A stretch of 64,000 bases of DNA from an uncultured archaeon (GCA_964610875.1 CAZSWP010000008.1:34724-98723); one strand, 5' to 3'; positions 1 to 10,215 are shown, counted from the stretch's first letter. Notes: a model not told the origin generated them from the letters alone. Numbers and translations are program-made.

Positions 1-3000
1 TTGAACTCCACACCGTATTCTTGGCTGAACATAGAGAGTTCAAATCTCACGGTGCCTACAAATCCAACATTGTTCAGGATGTTGTTTACTTCATTCTCAA
101 TTCCACGGAGGGTTTCGTTCATCCCATTGTGGTATTGATCTTTGATATTTGTCAGGGTTTCTTCAGCTTCAACTAACTCTTCTCCAATCTCAGAGATCTT
201 GATACTTAGGGAGTCCATTCTTGATTTGAGTTGGTCTTCAGTATGAGCTACCGTTTCCGAAACATCTTGATAATCATCAAGTAATGTCTTTACTCTCAGT
301 AGTGCTTCCCTGACCTTCTCGATAGGGCGCAGTTGATTCGGTCTAGTTTTACCAGTGAGTCGTTGTTGTGATTCCTCAAGTTCTTGTTGATAATTACTCA
401 ACTGTCGTTTAGACTGCATCAAATGGAGTCTGTCTGTTTTTGCTTGTACGTTTAATTCAAGTAATTCTTCGTTTAGTGTCCGTATTGCCGTTGCTAATTC
501 GATTTGCTGCTTTCGTAGATTATCAATTTGTGAGTCAATCTTATCTTTTCCATCTCTTAGTTCTTCAATTGTCTGCACGATAATGGACCCTTCACTCTTA
601 GACGATTTGATTTCTTCTCGAAGCTCAGTAAGACTCGAACCTAATACGTCAATTGATCCATTGCATTGTTTCAACTCTTGTCTCCATAAGCTCTCATTTC
701 TATCAGTTTCATGAAGTTTTGATAATGTGTCATTGAGTTCTTGCTGGACTCTTCTTTGCTTCATTTTGATAGCTGACTTCTGACCAACAAGTCTACTTCT
801 CTCAGGAGGTTGACTGCTGTCAAGTTTTCTCAATTCACGTTCAGCCTTTCCAAGCTTCTCTTGTAGCTTCTTGAGTTCATCATCGAGTGTAAAAATCCTC
901 TCTTGGTCTGCTGGTATTGACTCGAGGAGTTTCTTTCTCCGTTCCCAAGTGCCACTCCATCGCGTTAGTTGTCCCAAAAGCTCCATTACTTGCTCTCTTT
1001 CTTCAGTTGCCTTTTCTAGCTTTGACATTATTGAAGTGATTTCTTTTCGGGTAGAAGCAAGCTCAGTTTCTGCAGAAGTAAGACGTTTTTGTATTGGTGC
1101 TGTTGAGATGATACCACTGGGTTTAGGTTTTGGTCTGCTGACAACTCTATGTTCATTGACCATTCTTACATATCCGTCTGTAGTTACGACACTTGCACCA
1201 AGTTTTTCCACAATGCGTTTTGCAGTTCTTTCATTTTCAACAAGAACGATTGGTCCTATTGCTTGATTTAGTTTCTCCTTTAGTTCATCATCAAGTTCCA
1301 ACTCATCCCAAAGCCATCCTCTGACTCCTTTCCATTCTGGAAGATTTGGCATTCCTACTTGTTTGTTAGTTATGTGAAGAATTGGTGAAGGAGCATCAAT
1401 ATTCTCTCTTAGTTTTTCAAGCAATGCATATTCTACTGGGTCTTCTACAATGAAGGCATAAACCAGATTCTCAATCAAGACCGCCTCTAAAACCTGCGAT
1501 AAATCTCCTCCTATCTGTAAGAGTTCGACAAGTGGTCCTTTCACAGATGTCAGAGAGTGCTCTTCAATTGCTTCTCTCAGAGACCTTACTTCTTCAGGTA
1601 TCCTGTGTGCAGTTTCGCTAAGTTTGAGTCGAAGATCGTCAATCTCCTTCTGTAGTTGTGAAACTCTGGTGTTCTCTTGAAACCGTCTTTCATTCAAAGA
1701 AGCTATATCCCTCTCCAAATGTGCTTTCTGTAAAACTAAGTCTTTTTCATCGGTTGTTTCGAGCACAGACCAGACATGACCCCATTTGTTCTCAATCGTT
1801 TCTAATTCTGCTTGATCATTTTGTACTTTCTCCTTTATACTCCGTAGGAGAAGGTCCTTTCCTCGAATATCGGTCTGGAGTGCGCGATATGTGCCATGTG
1901 CTTCAGCACGACGAGTATTCCATTCAGCAAATTCTGTCAGTTCTGCTTCTATCTTACTTAATTCATCTTCATTTTCGGCAATACTCTCTTCGAGACTCTT
2001 TTTCTTATCTTCAAAACGTTCCTTGGCAGTGACAGCATGTCGTAAATCGTCTGTTAGTTTCTTTTTCCTTCGTTCTTGTTTACTAACACGTTGTTGTAAC
2101 TCTCCAAGCTCCACTGCGAGTTTCTTATCTTCTTCTTTTAGTTTTGAGAGTCGTCTCTCTTCTTCATCAATTCTCGCATTTATTGATCCAAACTCATTCT
2201 GTAATCCTTCAAGTTCTTTCGAAATGTGGGACGAATCGGTTTCTTTGACACTGATTTGGTCTTCGAGAGTAGTCACTTTTTCAATTATTTCTCCAAGTCC
2301 AAGTTCTTTATCTTCCAGTTCTGCTTTTAGTGTATCAATTTTGCTTATGAGGTCCACTTCTGTAGCCCAGAGTAGTTCCTCTTCGATTTGCTGTTCTTCC
2401 CTTCTTAACTCACGTTTTCGTTTAAGTCGCGAAATATCATGTTGTAGCAATTCAAGCTCGCGTTCGACCATTGCAGCTTCGTTCGAAACTTCGATGAGTC
2501 GTTCTTTACTTGTTGAAACTCTAGATTCTTCCAATACTATGCGGTCCCTTACTACAGACAGCCCCGTTCCTTCTTCAACCAGTTTTCTAATCTCTACAGG
2601 GTCTGTATCTCTTATTGCATTTATCCGCTCTTGTGGCATAAAGACCAACGGATTATCCACATCAAATCCTAGTTTGTCTACCATTGAATGGAGCTCTGCA
2701 GCTTTTACTCTTTTGCCGTCAATGTATGCCCTCGGTATTCCATCCCTACTTATTTTTCGGACGAAAGAAATCTTGCGTTGTCCGACATCTACTACGAGTT
2801 CTACTTCTGCAGAACTGGCACCATGTCTTACAAAATCACTCCATTTCGAATAGCGATTCTCTCGTTGATTAGAGCCTAAAGCAAACTTGATTGCGTGAAA
2901 GATAGATGTCTTTCCTGAACCATTGGGACCAAAGACCACTGTAAGACCTGGATCAAACTCTACCTTGCCATCATAGAAACTAAGGAAGTTCCTGAGTTTA

Positions 3001-3032
3001 ACCGATGAGATTTCTACGTTAGAGTTTGGCAT
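1..3032 (-). CDS. smc: SMC-family ATPase, SMC5/6-like (3'-truncated by window edge, >1000 aa)
   Basis: Absent from ORF track because no stop lies in the window. ATG at 3032 reads MPNSNVEISSVKLRNFLSF...GPNGSGKTS (Walker A), FMPQERI (Q-loop region), long coiled coil, hinge-like VKGPLVELLQ...VLEAVLIENLVYAFIVED, return coil, and ends ...VGFVGTVRFELSMFSQEYGVEF at the edge. SD-like GAGGA upstream. Confidence 0.9.
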   Translation of the reverse strand, partial: MPNSNVEISSVKLRNFLSFYDGKVEFDPGLTVVFGPNGSGKTSIFHAIKFALGSNQRENRYSKWSDFVRHGASSAEVELVVDVGQRKISFVRKISRDGIPRAYIDGKRVKAAELHSMVDKLGFDVDNPLVFMPQERINAIRDTDPVEIRKLVEEGTGLSVVRDRIVLEESRVSTSKERLIEVSNEAAMVERELELLQHDISRLKRKRELRREEQQIEEELLWATEVDLISKIDTLKAELEDKELGLGEIIEKVTTLEDQISVKETDSSHISKELEGLQNEFGSINARIDEEERRLSKLKEEDKKLAVELGELQQRVSKQERRKKKLTDDLRHAVTAKERFEDKKKSLEESIAENEDELSKIEAELTEFAEWNTRRAEAHGTYRALQTDIRGKDLLLRSIKEKVQNDQAELETIENKWGHVWSVLETTDEKDLVLQKAHLERDIASLNERRFQENTRVSQLQKEIDDLRLKLSETAHRIPEEVRSLREAIEEHSLTSVKGPLVELLQIGGDLSQVLEAVLIENLVYAFIVEDPVEYALLEKLRENIDAPSPILHITNKQVGMPNLPEWKGVRGWLWDELELDDELKEKLNQAIGPIVLVENERTAKRIVEKLGASVVTTDGYVRMVNEHRVVSRPKPKPSGIISTAPIQKRLTSAETELASTRKEITSIMSKLEKATEEREQVMELLGQLTRWSGTWERRKKLLESIPADQERIFTLDDELKKLQEKLGKAERELRKLDSSQPPERSRLVGQKSAIKMKQRRVQQELNDTLSKLHETDRNESLWRQELKQCNGSIDVLGSSLTELREEIKSSKSEGSIIVQTIEELRDGKDKIDSQIDNLRKQQIELATAIRTLNEELLELNVQAKTDRLHLMQSKRQLSNYQQELEESQQRLTGKTRPNQLRPIEKVREALLRVKTLLDDYQDVSETVAHTEDQLKSRMDSLSIKISEIGEELVEAEETLTNIKDQYHNGMNETLRGIENEVNNILNNVGFVGTVRFELSMFSQEYGVEF

Positions 3033-3051
3033 TCCAATATTCCTCAGTTTA

Positions 3052-4107
3052 TTATCGGCCCATTATTCTGCTCAATCTATCTAGACTTCTTTTAGCTCTC
3101 ATAAGACGAGTAAGTCTGTCATCTGGTTCTCCCTGTAATAGAAAGGGATAGTTATTCAGTAGAATTCTATCTTCTGCTGATAGGGGTAGGTTCGAATTGA
3201 GTGTTTCAATCACCTGTTGTACGCCCTGAAAGTTCTCGCTTACTGCCATGAGGTAAAGTTGATCAAGAAAGTCATCTGGATATACTGATTCAACACTCTT
3301 CAACCCTGGTGAAAATGATCCAGAAGTACGTTTTGCAATTGCATCTAAAGATTCCTTCCTGCCTAGAGGTACAACTCCTGATTCTCTAACTCGCTTTTCA
3401 AGTTCCTCTTTAGTAACTGGTTCTTTTTCATCTTTTCCTCGCAAAAGGAGTGAAGTTGCTAGATGTAGTGAATCAGTGAAAGTCCATCCCTCCGTGACCC
3501 CGGCCAATAGTCTTGGTTGAATCGACTTAAAGCCCTCCAAGGACTCTTCAAACAAGCGAACTCTATCCTCAATCTCTGAGGCATCAAAAATGTAAGTATG
3601 GTCAAAGAGAGAGAGGATGTGTCTATCAATGTCCTCTGGTTGGGTTGTACAAGCAATGACTAGGACTTCATCATCCACCCATGATGTTTCTTTAAGCTCC
3701 ATTTCTAACACGGCTGCGTAAACAGACTCTCGCTTTCCAAGTAGTTCCAGTCGTGATATATAGAGAATAGCTGGTGAGTTTCTTCTGGCAAACTCAATAC
3801 CTGCAGTAATGGATTCTGGTAGAGTCTCCAAATTTTGCAGAATATCTCTCATCCGGAAACTAATTGTCTTCAAGGGCATCTCGATAGCAATTTTTTGCGA
3901 AAAAGCATCGAAATCGGTACCGGCCGGTCCACAAAGCAGAACCCTTCCACCAAAAGATAGCGTTGTCTTTGCTCCACTCTGTACTTTTTGGAGCATATTG
4001 TAGTACTCTTCGGCCTTTTTCATGACTGAATACTGTTTTGGCCTTTCTGAGCTGACTTCTTCTGGCTCATATATGGTGACGGGCTCGGTAAACTTGTCTC
4101 TACTCAA
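3052..4107 (-). CDS. Degenerate (probably inactive) AAA+ ATPase-like protein of CDC48/FtsH type
   Basis: VLLCGPAGTDFD (Walker A without Lys), PAILYISRLE (Walker B without DE), VLVIACTTQPEDID (sensor 1 region), TEGWTFTD (lid). Confidence 0.8.
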   Translation of the reverse strand: MSRDKFTEPVTIYEPEEVSSERPKQYSVMKKAEEYYNMLQKVQSGAKTTLSFGGRVLLCGPAGTDFDAFSQKIAIEMPLKTISFRMRDILQNLETLPESITAGIEFARRNSPAILYISRLELLGKRESVYAAVLEMELKETSWVDDEVLVIACTTQPEDIDRHILSLFDHTYIFDASEIEDRVRLFEESLEGFKSIQPRLLAGVTEGWTFTDSLHLATSLLLRGKDEKEPVTKEELEKRVRESGVVPLGRKESLDAIAKRTSGSFSPGLKSVESVYPDDFLDQLYLMAVSENFQGVQQVIETLNSNLPLSAEDRILLNNYPFLLQGEPDDRLTRLMRAKRSLDRLSRIMGR

Positions 4108-4261
4108 TTGAAAACCCCGGCAGACTTGCTTGCAGAAATTCCAAAGGTAGGTATATTACCTCTTTGGAGTGTGTGTTTCTTCCGCGCCGTATAAAACGCG
4201 CCTCATACCGTGAATGCCATAAGTGTTTATCACAAGCACCTACGGGACGATGTGAAAAAGC

Positions 4262-5977
4262 ATGAGCAGCAGTTCTGAACGACTTAGGTCTCTCATCTGG
4301 GAAATCATTAGTACAGTGGAGAGTAGGGGTCTTTTCGTTCATTCTTCTGACTTAGAGCTACGGTATAAAGAGAGTGAGCGGACAAGTAGTAGAGCATCAA
4401 TCACAAGATTACCACTTATTGTAGGTAGTTGTGTCTTGAACGCTCTCGTTCCAAGGTCTGCAATGCTTCTTGTAGGTGGACATGGGGGAGGCAAAACAAC
4501 TTTGCTAAAAATCCTTGGAAGAATGCTTACGGGAAGCAGTCTTGAGGCCATAGAGGAAGGTATGCTTAGAGGACATCCACAACTGACAGAAGAGAAGATG
4601 GTTGCCACTTTACGTCCCGGTCCATTGATGAAGGAAGGTCTTGAGGTAATTGTCTGGAGAAAGTTCGTGCTTGATTTTTGGAAGATTATTGATGAAGTAA
4701 ACAGACTCACTCCTCACGCACAAAATATCCTTCTCTCTCTACTCGCAGAAGGTGAATTGAAATATTATGATGAAGTGAAACGCTGCGAAGAATACTGTCT
4801 TTATGCCACAATGAACCCTACAGACTCCGGCACATTTGATATGGCTCCTCCTTTCATGGACAGGTTTGGTATTGCTGTACCCATAACAATGCCAACTATT
4901 GATGATCTTGAGTTGATTCTCTCCTCTCGTGATGAACGGCTATTTGGATATGATCAATTATGGCAAGTTCCTGCTATCACTAAAGAAGAGGACTTGTTGA
5001 CTATATGGAATCTAGCTGATAAGGTCACAGTGTCTGAGGAAGCATCAGAATTCATGCGCTGTCTTGTCCGAGAGTTTGGTGCATGTATCCGTTCAGACAA
5101 AAGCCAAGCTCAGGGTCTTACAGTTGAGAACGGTCTCTGTGATGGCTGTCATTTCAATACCACCAAGAGCATTTGCAATAAGGTGATAATCCCACTGAGT
5201 GTGCGGGCGGCAAAGGATTTGAACCGCTACTGTAAAGCTGCTAGTTGGCTAGTGGGAGCCGCAGAAGTCGGTGTAGAGATGGTCAAATCTATTGCTCCTT
5301 TGGTATTTTGGCATAGAACTAGATTTGTCAGAGATATTCTTGAGAAAGCCCCATTTTACGGTGATGTATTTGCAGTTACTCAACATCTGATGGAGCAGGC
5401 TGCAAATAGATTTGCCCAGCGTGAACCTGCATTGAAACTCATGAGGAAGCTTGCTGAAGGTAGAGCAAAGAAAGAAGAGGTTGAAGAGCTCAAACAAATG
5501 GGAAAGAGTGATCTGCTAGTACGACTAGATTTTATGGCTCTGGCTAAAGACTTGAAGACATCTAAATACAGAAAGATTGTCAAGAGAGTTGAGAAGGCTA
5601 TTAATTCCAAAGATGTTGTAGAATTATCCACATTGCACAAAGAATTGTTGGAGAACACAGATATTCCAAATAGAAGTGGACTACTCAGTCGAGTCTATGA
5701 AGTACTTCACAAACTCACTCTTACACAACTCACACTCACATTCGAAAAATGGCAAGATGTTTGGATGACAATAAGCATGAGTTTCCCGAAGACCACCATC
5801 ATACTAAAAGAAACATTGAAGCCACCAAAGAGGCGAGTCATCCGGACAGATGGTCTCATGTTAGTAGTGTATGTCACTGGGGATAATCCGGAGTCTCCAG
5901 TTTTTCTAGAGATATCCGGAGGAGCGAGTGCACAGAAGCTTTGCAAAGCAGTGCAGGAACAGATTAGTGAGGTGTAG
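4262..5977 (+). CDS. MoxR-family AAA+ ATPase with Cys-rich insert
   Basis: GGHGGGKT Walker A, KIIDEVNR Walker B, ATMNPTDSGTF, FMDRF Arg finger, LSVRA sensor 2, C..CDGC..C insert. Adjacent VWA gene. Confidence 0.85.
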   Translation: MSSSSERLRSLIWEIISTVESRGLFVHSSDLELRYKESERTSSRASITRLPLIVGSCVLNALVPRSAMLLVGGHGGGKTTLLKILGRMLTGSSLEAIEEGMLRGHPQLTEEKMVATLRPGPLMKEGLEVIVWRKFVLDFWKIIDEVNRLTPHAQNILLSLLAEGELKYYDEVKRCEEYCLYATMNPTDSGTFDMAPPFMDRFGIAVPITMPTIDDLELILSSRDERLFGYDQLWQVPAITKEEDLLTIWNLADKVTVSEEASEFMRCLVREFGACIRSDKSQAQGLTVENGLCDGCHFNTTKSICNKVIIPLSVRAAKDLNRYCKAASWLVGAAEVGVEMVKSIAPLVFWHRTRFVRDILEKAPFYGDVFAVTQHLMEQAANRFAQREPALKLMRKLAEGRAKKEEVEELKQMGKSDLLVRLDFMALAKDLKTSKYRKIVKRVEKAINSKDVVELSTLHKELLENTDIPNRSGLLSRVYEVLHKLTLTQLTLTFEKWQDVWMTISMSFPKTTIILKETLKPPKRRVIRTDGLMLVVYVTGDNPESPVFLEISGGASAQKLCKAVQEQISEV

Positions 5978-5987
5978 CACCATTCCC

Positions 5988-7721
5988 TTGAAAATTCCTT
6001 GGCGTGAAACAAGTTCAGGAAAGAACTTTACAGAAGTCGCAAAAACGGCGTGGGAACGGGCAAAATCTGATTTCTATCATCCCCCCATCCCAGAACCCAT
6101 CATTGAAACTGATGAAACGGCATCTAGTTTTTTCTACATTGATGCGGAAACTTGGACTGTTCATCTCAATCTAACAGGTGTTCCTTTACATCTTGACTCC
6201 ACTGAAGCTGAGTCATTCTTACGTTCAATATGTCATCATGAAATTCAGCATTACCTTGTTTGTCCTTTTGATGGTGTTACAAATGGACTGATGTTTTCTG
6301 GTGCGAGAAGACATCTCTCTGACAGCTTGGCCATGTTTACATGTAATCTATTCGCTGACTTGGTGGTAGACTCTCATCTCCTTAGAAGATATCCCTCATT
6401 AACTCACAATCGAGTAAAGGCATCAATATTTGATGCGTCCATTAGAACTAGAGAACACTCAGATATCTGGAGACTTGTTGTTGCTACTTATCGAAAAATG
6501 TGGGGGTATCCTATTCCTACAGGTATCCAGATAGATGAAACCACATTTTCAGCTGCACAGGAAATAGTAGAAGTCGCTCGTAAGTATATCAACAGAGAAC
6601 AAAAGTGGCCTCTAGCTGTGAGAAAGATTGCTAAGATAATAGACGATTGGTTAGAGGATCATGAAGACTTCTCTTCATGTATGCCTTCTTCGGATGGGGG
6701 ACAAGATGGAACAGACTCTGATTCAACAATGGTCGTAAACATACCCTTGGACGTAGATACTGTGATGGGTGACCCACTTCAAGAAAGAAATGGTGATGTT
6801 GCGAAGAGATGTCTTGAACATGATCAAGTAAAAGACGCAGAGCAAGAACTTGAACGCTTAGCAATTGAAGTAGAAGAACGTGGAGGAGATCTTGAGGATC
6901 TTGAGTCAGTGTTCATGTTATATGGTGCTGGAACTGAGCGGGGTGAATGGACAAGGTTCTGGTATAGGGCAAAGGCACAGAATCTCCTCAAGTTCTCTGT
7001 AAAACATATGCGTCATCACGGAGCAACACCTCTCTCTCCAAATGTTTGGCGACTTGGTGACCCTATTGAGGAATTGGATGTTGTTCAATCATTACAGGCT
7101 TTCCCTGTTCTTGTGCCTAATATGTCGACTCGTAGATGGCTTAAGACCGAGATAATTGGTCTTGAGGAGTCAAAAACTCTTCCTGACCTTCTTCTAGTTC
7201 TTGATTCAAGCGGCTCGATGTCTTGGTCGCGAAAAGGTCGTAATCTATCGGGGAGTTTCCATCTTGCTCTTGTATCAGCTTTTGCAGCTCTTGATTATGT
7301 AATAAAGAAGGGATGTAGAGTGGCTGCAATCAATTTTTCTGTAGACCTTACTCAATGTGAATGGACAAAGGATAGAATGGAACTTGAACACACTCTTCTT
7401 GCGTACGAAGGTGGAGGTACTGTTATCCCTATCAACCAGATCTCTGAATTATGTACATCAGCAACTGACCGAGTGATGGTCCTAGTCATATCTGATGCAC
7501 AAATATCAAACTGGCACCCATTTGTGAAAAGGATGAAAGACCTCACATCTAGAGGACATGAGCTGTTCTTATTCCATATTGGGTCAAGAAGTAAGACGCC
7601 ATCAAAACGTATAGCAGATTTGGTCAAATCGGGTGTTGAAGTTATTCCTGTTTCTTCAGTCAAGGATCTACCCGACTTAGTTATCGGTGAAGTGCATCGG
7701 AAATATGAGAATGCGGAATAG
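5988..7721 (+). CDS. HExxH metallopeptidase-like domain + C-terminal VWA domain protein
   Basis: HHEIQH followed by NLFADLVVD. MIDAS DSSGSM, GGGT and VISDA. Start chosen at TTG 5988 after SD GAGGTG; the track starts at 5928. Confidence 0.85.
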   Translation: MKIPWRETSSGKNFTEVAKTAWERAKSDFYHPPIPEPIIETDETASSFFYIDAETWTVHLNLTGVPLHLDSTEAESFLRSICHHEIQHYLVCPFDGVTNGLMFSGARRHLSDSLAMFTCNLFADLVVDSHLLRRYPSLTHNRVKASIFDASIRTREHSDIWRLVVATYRKMWGYPIPTGIQIDETTFSAAQEIVEVARKYINREQKWPLAVRKIAKIIDDWLEDHEDFSSCMPSSDGGQDGTDSDSTMVVNIPLDVDTVMGDPLQERNGDVAKRCLEHDQVKDAEQELERLAIEVEERGGDLEDLESVFMLYGAGTERGEWTRFWYRAKAQNLLKFSVKHMRHHGATPLSPNVWRLGDPIEELDVVQSLQAFPVLVPNMSTRRWLKTEIIGLEESKTLPDLLLVLDSSGSMSWSRKGRNLSGSFHLALVSAFAALDYVIKKGCRVAAINFSVDLTQCEWTKDRMELEHTLLAYEGGGTVIPINQISELCTSATDRVMVLVISDAQISNWHPFVKRMKDLTSRGHELFLFHIGSRSKTPSKRIADLVKSGVEVIPVSSVKDLPDLVIGEVHRKYENAE

Positions 7722-7938
7722 TATCAGAGAATGACTCTTGTTGAAGCTAAAACTCCTTAGAATTAATCTGCTCCTAGAAAATGAATGGAGTCCGACGTTC
7801 ATTCAAATTTAATGATTCTTTTCGAATTGTTATTTAGATAATCATTTCGAGGTTGGCACCCAAACTTTTATCACAGGTAAATAGCGGCCTCGCTTCGTTG
7901 CAACACAGCTTTGAAACCTCTTAATGGGGTAGTCCGTT

Positions 7939-8775
7939 ATGTACGAGATTATGTTCAAACAGGTTCTAGCAAAAAACACCAAGATGCTGGTGGTCAATGC
8001 TCCTGACATTGCTAGTGTTTGTAAACCTGGTCAATTCGTCATGATTCGAGTTAATGAGACTGGTGAGAGATTTCCTCTAACAGTAGCTGACTTCGATCGA
8101 GAGAAAGGTACTGTTACTATTGTTTTCCAAGAAGTCGGCAAGTCTTCAAAACTATTAGGGTCATTAGAGAAAGGTGATGAGATTCTAGATTTTGTAGGTC
8201 CATTAGGTAAACCGAGTCCAACCGACAAAAACTATGGCACGGTTGTTGTAATTGGAGGTGGTTGTGGAAGCGCCATTGCTTATCCCGTTGCACGAGCATT
8301 CAAAGAAGCCGGCAATTATCTTATCACAATTAATGGTGCCCGCAGTATGGACCTCCTGTTGTATAGAGATGAGATGGATAAGATCTCTGATGAGACCTAT
8401 GTAACAACTGATGATGGTTCATGTGGTGTACATGGATTTGTTACTCATGTGCTTGGGGATTTGATTCAGAAAGGCCGTGAGATTGACCTTGTTTTTGCAG
8501 TCGGTCCAGTTCCTATGATGAAGTTTGTTGCAAAGACAACTGAAGCTAAGAGGATACATACTCTTGTTAGTCTCAACAGCATCATGGTTGATGGAACTGG
8601 AATGTGTGGTGCTTGCAGAGTTTCTATCGATGGTCAAATGAAATTCGCTTGTGTTGATGGACCAGAATTTGATGCTCACAAGGTGGATTTTAATGAGCTC
8701 ATGGGCCGATTAAATGCATATATTAAGCAAGAAGCCGTTTCCGACGAGCTCTGGGAGAAATCACAGGAGGGATAA
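7939..8775 (+). CDS. sudB: NADH-dependent reduced ferredoxin:NADP oxidoreductase / sulfide dehydrogenase small subunit (NfnA/SudB)
   Basis: PGQFV, ERFPLTVAD, GPLG, MVDGTGMCGACRV, CVDGPEF. Confidence 0.92.
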   Translation: MYEIMFKQVLAKNTKMLVVNAPDIASVCKPGQFVMIRVNETGERFPLTVADFDREKGTVTIVFQEVGKSSKLLGSLEKGDEILDFVGPLGKPSPTDKNYGTVVVIGGGCGSAIAYPVARAFKEAGNYLITINGARSMDLLLYRDEMDKISDETYVTTDDGSCGVHGFVTHVLGDLIQKGREIDLVFAVGPVPMMKFVAKTTEAKRIHTLVSLNSIMVDGTGMCGACRVSIDGQMKFACVDGPEFDAHKVDFNELMGRLNAYIKQEAVSDELWEKSQEG

Positions 8776-8781
8776 TTCAAA

Positions 8782-10215
8782 ATGCCGGAAGAGAAATCAA
8801 AACCAAAGAGGGAACGAAAGCCCCCTACAAAGAAAGTTCCAATGAAAGAACAAGCACCTAACAAACGACGGCGCAATTTTGATGAGGTTGCTCTCGGGTA
8901 TACCGCAGAGGAAGCTATGGCTGAAGCTGAAAAATGCATACAATGTAGAAATCCAAAGTGTCAAAGTGGCTGTCCCGTTGAAGTGCCCATTAAAGACTTT
9001 ATCAACCTGATTCGAGAAGGCAAATTCATGGAAGCAGCCGCAAAAATAAAGGAAACTAATAGTCTTCCGGCCATCTGCGGACGCGTGTGCCCTCAAGAGA
9101 CCCAATGTGAAAAGACCTGTATCTATGGTATCAGGAATGAGCCAATTGCTATTGGCCGTCTTGAGCGTTTTGTGTCTGATTATGCACGTGAGAGAGGTGA
9201 ACCACTACCTGAACATCCATCAAAGAATGGGATGAAAGTTGCTGTTGTAGGCTCTGGCCCAGCTGGACTTACCTGTGCTGGAGACCTCATCAAGATGGGT
9301 TACGAGGTCACCATTTTTGAAGCATTTCACAAAGCAGGCGGTGTACTCCAATACGGAATCCCACAGTTCCGTCTTCCAAAAGAGATTGTGGATGCTGAAG
9401 TAGAATATCTGCAAAGACTTGGTGTAAAAATACGATACAACTTTGTCGTTGGTAAGATACGCACAATAGAGGAATTGATGGAGGAAGATGGTTTTGATGC
9501 GGTTTTTGTTGGCTCTGGTGCTGGTGCACCCAACTTCATGCGAATTCCAGGTATGAACTTGGTTGATGTATTTTCCGCAAATGAGTTTCTAACCCGTGTC
9601 AATCTTATGAAGGGCTACAAATTCCCCGAATATGATACTCCAGTGAAGTGTGGTAAGAAAGTCGCAGTTATTGGCGGTGGAAATGTTGCTATGGACTCTG
9701 CAAGAACTGCTCTACGGCTTGGAGCTTCTGATGTATACATTGTTTATAGAAGATCAAGAGAGCAGATGCCTGCTCGTGTAGAAGAAGTACATCATGCAGA
9801 AGAGGAAGGAGTCCAGTTCAAATTGTTGATTAATCCCACTGAAATTCTTGGTGATGACAAGGGTAATGTCATAGGTATGAAATGTAGCAAGATGGAACTT
9901 GGCGAACCTGATGCATCAGGTAGAAAACGTCCCATTCCCATTCAAAACTCTGAATTCGTTATCGATGTTGATACTGTGATAGTTGCAATCGGCAACTCAC
10001 CTAATCCTATTATACCCTCTTCGACACCTGGGCTTGAAGTATCTGAGTGGGGTACCATACTTGTAGATGATAACACTGGAATGTCCAGTGTTCCCGGTGT
10101 ATTTGCAGGTGGAGATATTGTAACAGGTGCTGCAACAGTCATCAGTGCTATGGGTGCTGGTAAGATTGCAGCAAGAGGTATTGACAAGTATCTATCAGAA
10201 AAGAACGAGACTTAA
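8782..10215 (+). CDS. sudA: NfnB/SudA large subunit (GltD-like)
   Basis: CIQC..CQSGCP, CGRVCPQETQCE, GSGPAGL, GGGNVAMD, FAGGDIVTG. Directly follows nfnA/sudB. Confidence 0.92.
   Translation: MPEEKSKPKRERKPPTKKVPMKEQAPNKRRRNFDEVALGYTAEEAMAEAEKCIQCRNPKCQSGCPVEVPIKDFINLIREGKFMEAAAKIKETNSLPAICGRVCPQETQCEKTCIYGIRNEPIAIGRLERFVSDYARERGEPLPEHPSKNGMKVAVVGSGPAGLTCAGDLIKMGYEVTIFEAFHKAGGVLQYGIPQFRLPKEIVDAEVEYLQRLGVKIRYNFVVGKIRTIEELMEEDGFDAVFVGSGAGAPNFMRIPGMNLVDVFSANEFLTRVNLMKGYKFPEYDTPVKCGKKVAVIGGGNVAMDSARTALRLGASDVYIVYRRSREQMPARVEEVHHAEEEGVQFKLLINPTEILGDDKGNVIGMKCSKMELGEPDASGRKRPIPIQNSEFVIDVDTVIVAIGNSPNPIIPSSTPGLEVSEWGTILVDDNTGMSSVPGVFAGGDIVTGAATVISAMGAGKIAARGIDKYLSEKNET

Noticed and set aside
871-2879. 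Several + strand ORFs, including 320 aa at 1891-2853
   Set aside because: Ser/Leu/Phe-rich antisense shadows of the SMC coiled-coil gene on the - strand.
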